This document shows positions 58,159 through 64,000 of a DNA stretch of 64,000 bases, one piece after another. Origin of the DNA: Trichoplax sp. H2 (taxonomy: Eukaryota); the NCBI GenBank assembly GCA_003344405.1, contig NOWV01000144.1, positions 1-64,000 of the forward strand, read 5' to 3'. Within the stretch, counting starts at the first letter, position 1. Every line of letters starts with the position of its first letter. The position numbers were made by a program, and so were the translations under genes. The notes under the pieces are model-generated. The model ran no database searches. It had not been told where the DNA came from and saw only the letters and a program-made list of their open reading frames with translations.

Positions 58159-61100
58159 CTACTTGCGATCTTTTTCAATATGGCCTGTAACACCAGACGG
58201 ATATCGATTTGAATCGTGAGTATTCGATTGCAATGAATCAACCATCATAGGACGATGATGGCCAATAAAATGCGGACTCGCTGTAACTATCGGCGAAATT
58301 TCGGTCGATCCAAAATTGGTGACACCATTGGATGGTTGCAGTATACTACCTACTGCCATTAATTCAACCATCTCTGCTCTCAGTGCCGTAATTTCTTTAT
58401 CACGCTTCTGCAATTGGGCTTCAATGAGTTCTTTTTCATGCTTTGCGATTCCCATATGCTCAAACATATCCATTTTTATTCGAGTTTCAGATTTTAAATC
58501 ATTTTCTAATTTAATATTCTTTTCTTGCTGTGATGAAATGTTACATTTTAACGATTCTATTTCTTTTTTCATTCTTGATATTTCCGTCTGATTTTGATGC
58601 CTATAGACTTCAAATTCCTGTCGGGCATTTCTAAGCTGATCTTGTCGCTCATGAAGTTGCGTCAATAGCATACCCTTCTCCTTTTCCAACGTAGCTTGAG
58701 TCAAGCGGCAACTATCATGAGATATATTAATTGCTAAATTTGGCTCCATTTTCTTTTGCCAACTACTTTCAACTTTAGACTTTTTATCATTCTTTTTAGA
58801 TTGACTATCTTTGTTGGCGCTTGATATACTCCTATTTCTATACAAAATTTCAAGTAGAGCAATAAATTAATTATAGCATGCTCCAATTTCTAAAGCCATT
58901 GTAATCAATTAAAAAATGTTGTTCGCCGTAATTACTTGTACGCGCATATATACTGTAGAAAGAGATAGTTGCACACTGTATCAACGCATTATAACATAAT
59001 GTGGTATACGTTTATTAGAATGATTTATACTGTAGGCAAAAAAAATCGAAATTGATGGTAAGAATTTCATTTCTGTTGTACCGATTGCCACTTGAGTTCT
59101 TCAAATCTTCTTTAACAGCCTCTGTACGCCTGGACTCTTCTACTAATTTTAGTTGCTGACGAAGCTCTTGTTCGACATAGTCTTTTTGCTAAATAGGTTG
59201 ACATCGAAGCAGAAATAATCAACAATACAACCATACTGATTGATAGTAAATAGTATTTCGCTCTAACATAATTACGCCAATGATTCGTAACATACATCTA
59301 CTACAACTACTAGGAATGATGAAAGCAAGATCGAAATAACACAATTTTAAATTCTAATTTAAGGCATATAATATCGGTTTTGCACGTATAATACCTTTAG
59401 GTCATCTTTGACTTTTTTTATTTCAATTTCAAGATTTGTTATGATGGACGAGGCCTTTAGCCTGCAAGTATAATACAAATAAAAATGATAAAATAATGAC
59501 ATGGATAATTACTTTATGGACCATGTTTACATTAATCATACCTGGCAGCTTTCTCCTCTTGATACTGAATTACTAAAGAATCTAGTTCGATTTGCTCAGG
59601 TTTACACTCTCTACTCTCATAATTTATCTCAGTTTTATTATTCTTTTCTGATAAGGCTGCAGAACTTTGATCACATCTCGGATTTGTAGGCAATACGTAA
59701 TCGTCGTCTACCTCATCTTTCGATAAATTCTTTGAGGATACAATAGCCGGAGAAGTCTCCATGACTTTTCCTGCAAAATTCTTAGCACTGGAACTACGAT
59801 TTGTATGATTAATTGTCTTTATTATGACATTACTATCACTGTCGGAGACACTTTTTTTATCTACAGTTTTGTTAATTTTATCAGTCAAGTCTTCATTTCT
59901 TCTAGCATTAATCACGTTATTATCTGGATTAGATTTGACTTTTGATTTATGTATACTTTGTACAGTCGTCGTCTTATGTTTTATCATATTCGAAAATCTT
60001 AGCGCCCAATCTTGCAATTTTTCGGCCACTGCGGCTGTATTATTAAAAATTTTAAGTTAGCATGACAGTAAGGTTATTGCCATAGTTATCAAACAGTAGA
60101 CTAACAGCATACCACTTAATGATGGATCGCTAGCTGCTGTTCCCGCAATCCGATTAAGAGCTTCTTTTGTATGCTCGTTTGAAGTCGTAGGTATTAATTG
60201 ATTGATAGATGATATGATAGCTTTATCTCTGTGAATTTGCAACTGTTTATTCTACATATATAAAAGCAATATTGTAACAGGAAATAAATAATATCGCTAT
60301 AGAAAAAACGCGACCTCGTACTCAACTTTTCTATCTAACCGTAATTATAGCATAGTGTAGATAGCAAATCTCATCCACTTACTCTTATCATTTGATATTT
60401 TAAATAATTTATTATTCCACGCCCTATCGTCACCAACGAATGCCCAATGCTAACATATAAAAATATTTATATTTCTTAATTTTTGATGTTACTCGATGTG
60501 ATAGGAACATAAATAAATTATAATTACTTAGTTCACCATATCCTTACCTATGTGCAGCTAATGGGAGACATAATTCTAAATAAATTGGTAAATGGATAGC
60601 TCTCACCGTTGCTTCATTATATACAAATACCATCCAAATAAATAAGGTCGCTGAATTCAACCGTTCTAAAAGGTAAAGTTCAGTTAATTGATAAGTATAA
60701 TAATAAAATTTAAATTGGTTACGTCTTTTAAGAAATAAATATATTAAGAATCAATCCGATTATGTTGGAATGTTAAAACTATCATACCAGAATGACACGC
60801 TATCTGCATACAATTATACGTGCTAGCAGTGAATAAGAGCCACCGTGTAGGAAACATGATTAGTAATAGGAAATCCGCTATTACAGTCAGTCCAGTCAGT
60901 AATATTGTAGCCTCCTAGAACGGTATGCAAAACACAAAAGATTTTAAGACATAATCTGTACATTTTTGATCGATGACTACTGATTAGTTGAAATTATTAA
61001 TAAAATGCCTAATACAACTACGATATACAATACAACAACTAGAAATAATTGTGATTATAATATAGTAGAAGCTCCATTATTATTCAGAACTCTCGCTATA

Positions 61101-63319
61101 GTAATTTGTACGGTTTAGTAGAGCGAAAGCTATGATTGCAATCTCCATCAATATCCCATCCGATATCAGTATCTTGAGGTAGTGGCCATCGATATACTAC
61201 ACTATTAATATTAAATTATTTTCTCGAGCGTTGGTTATCTCAATTCTCATATTCTACCAGATAGCATAGTGTTACTTGTGCAATAGAGAGGCTAAGAGAG
61301 CCTATTATTTATTATTGTTGTTAGACTGACTATGATAGTATCGTAGCCTTCAGCATTGGTTTTGCCCGTGCATCAAGTGAAAAACCTTCAATTTAAAACT
61401 TTTTGGTGTTAATCATCAATGTACTACATAATCAGTACCGCTTCAAACTTCGTAATCGATACAATGTATAAAACATTGATAGTAAATAAAAGCGTATTTA
61501 ATGGCTATTAAAATGCTAGATCATCCATCAGTACTTTTATTTAGTCATTATCGTTTAATATCGTAACTTAAGCGGCTTCTTTAACTGTTACCACTAAGTC
61601 GAAGTACTGAGAATTTCAAGATCTTTATGTACAGTATATACATTGAAAGTAAAAATTTTTGTTATTGAAGGTTTTTGAAATGGCCATTATTTTATATTTG
61701 TATGTGGTATCGATCAAGAATTAAACTACAGTAGTAATGAAGGATTAAGCTTACAATCATAATCAGTTTGACAGCTTATTTCCACTGTATCTGCTATTAG
61801 ATACTTTCTACAAAAGAGATTAACTTACCAATCCTTGATACTTTAAAATTTCGTAAGTATCTTTCATTAATAGCCATACGGGCCAAAGAAACTCAAAACG
61901 AAAATTTATTAAAGTATCCAGTGCTAGCACTGAAACCCAAGTGACAAGAAAACGGCCAATTAAAGTTAACCTATGAATAAATTTCAAAGTCAAAAATGTC
62001 AAAAGTGAAAGAAAAGATTGCAATTTTGAATAGATTTTAGTCAATTAAGAAATAATCATACGATATTAGTGGTTATAAATTAAAATTTTGTACGTTTGTG
62101 ATATCTTTACCTGCAGATAGTGTAATGTAAACGTAATACTACAATGGTAGAATTTTAGCTGAACTAAACAATTTAAATACGATACTGCAGAAAGTAAACG
62201 CGATATTACCAACACTAGTAATTGCTAGTGTAAATTAAAGTTGACAACAAATTATAATTTGTTGCGAAAAATAGCTTTTCCTTCCTATTTTTATTAACAT
62301 TTATATTTAACTAGTAACACCAGCTTTTGTGTTATATTATTCAATGAATAAAGACTAATTAATAATGTACATTTGGCTATTAACAATTTAAGACATATCA
62401 AATTTTGAGACTGAATTATGGTGATTTTTATATTTTAAAAATGTCACTGTTTCATTACTACAGTTATAGACTTCTATATTACCCCCTAACATATATTTTT
62501 ACCAGCCGATACTCGTTGTTAACTTATTCGATCCATACGCACTATAAGAAATCTAATAACTCACTCATTCTATTACTAAAGAACCATAATAGAATGCAAC
62601 CGATATTGGCTAATTAATTAACTATCGACTTATACGTCTACGTTTAAATAAACATTACGTGGTAGCAAAAATCTCACTCTATTACAAAGCTACGTATGAT
62701 ATTTAAGAAGCAAGAAAGACGAAAAATGGTCGTATACTCCATACTATAATTCCTAACTGATTGCATTTCTAGTAATTCAGTTATACTTATCATAGCTGTA
62801 CTTCAATAGTATTCTAATAGAAGTCTCACTACAGTACAGTATAGTACAGTACATCAATATCAGCGTATAGAATAGAGTAAACAATAAATACAGTTTCATA
62901 CTTATTTTCTCTCTAAAATATCGTCTTACCGAGTATGCAACAACAAGAAAGTTATTGTTAGCTTGTATTATAGCAATTACACTTTCCTTCCGGTTTTATA
63001 CATTCGCATAGATATACTACATTTACAGCGTACATAGACCTTTTACAAATATTATATACTGTACGGTAGAAGAGTTGGCGTTTACGAAATATTCATATGC
63101 AAGCAGTAATAACAGCGGCTGATAGTAATTGGTCATGTTAAACTGATGGTTAGTCATCTATTTATTCACTATTTCAGAATTACAATACAATCCGTCTGTA
63201 TAATTACAAACATCAATCCAATCTACTCACCTCGAAACCCTTCCATATATTGTATCGGTAATGCGTGTCTTCTTCACTGAACGGCGAACTTTACTTACCT
63301 CCGCAGTTCGCCGCTTCAT
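58159..63319 (-). CDS. MACO1: Macoilin (TMEM57): N-terminal multi-pass TM region plus C-terminal coiled coil, ~675 aa, 10 exons
   Basis: Exons 63231-63319 (MKRRTAEVSKVRRSVKKTRITDTIYG), 61829-61970 (FRFEFLWPVWL...YQGL), 60788-60914 (WLLFTASTY), 60548-60665 (IWMVFVYNEA...LCLPLAAH), 60383-60449, 60113-60251, 59542-60034, 59395-59461, 59082-59188, 58159-58837 (LENDLKSETRIKMDMF...AKHE); phases are consistent. Confidence 0.93.
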
Positions 63320-64000
63320 GGATGAAAAACTGGAGTACAACTTTTATACAGTAAATTAAAGTCTATAAAAGAAATTAAAGAATGCACATATGAGAAGATT
63401 AAATTAGTAAAGGAATTATATTGGCCATCTTGCACGTATAGAAAAATTACTAATTGATTGTAGGCAAGTATCCTATTCTATATTACATTTATACATCTGT
63501 ACGTAGTGTCATGTGAAATGAAAAAGTGATGATCAAGGAATAATTTATGTCATCTCTGGCATCGTATGGTTCTAAATTTTTAATATGAATGCGCTATGTT
63601 TACATTATACATACTTAATATATAATCAGATACCTAGAGATGCAACTGTTTACATGTTACTGCATTATCAATATTGCAGTACACTGGTATACAGTAAAAC
63701 AATCATTCAGTTACTGTACAGTATAATAAAAAAAATAAAGGCATAGAAATGAAAAGATATAAAATTACATTGTTATTACGAAAAGCTAATATTAAGTAAG
63801 ATGCTATACCATTTAAATCATGCCATTTATATGACTATATAAATTTTGAGTGAAGATAAATTAGCATGCCAAATAAAAGGAAAATTAGGTGAATTTTAAA
63901 GTCGTAATCTATGTAGATTACCCGAATGTGCTACGTACAACACTAATTATGCCGTACAGTTTTCAAATAAAGAGAAAAAGGAACCAATTGATCAATCTTT

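Noticed and set aside
58316-60060. Plus-strand ORFs 58316-58591, 59501-59689 and 59824-60060 (also 11277-11525, 11760-12059, 48236-48430)
   Set aside because: Antisense shadows of real minus-strand exons of macoilin, the LRR gene and RSK

Overview
AT-rich, intron-dense eukaryotic (animal) genomic DNA. The compact gene structure and gene content suggest a basal metazoan such as the placozoan Trichoplax; this is an inference, not verified. Five complete multi-exon genes can be rebuilt by hand: an SH3BGRL3-like glutaredoxin-fold protein (+, 1066-2834), an ~874-aa single-pass LRR receptor with a repetitive disordered tail and PDZ-type C-terminus (-, 9696-26616), spermine synthase (+, 41710-46091, with two minor-spliceosome-type introns, one AT-AA), p90 RSK (-, 47435-56916) and macoilin (-, 58159-63319). 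The 12-kb first intron of the LRR gene holds two diverged head-to-tail copies of an unknown ~2.6-kb element, flanked by a 13-bp direct repeat and separated by an assembly gap. The element contains a fold-back 158-bp unit and a 110/118-bp tandem array. The most striking signal is dense chains of TA-CAG-TA / TA-CTG-TA / TA-CACTG-TA upstream of genes. Six indels between the two element copies add such units at TA sites, matching Tc1/mariner excision footprints. This suggests that repeated transposon insertion and excision is writing promoter-proximal sequence.
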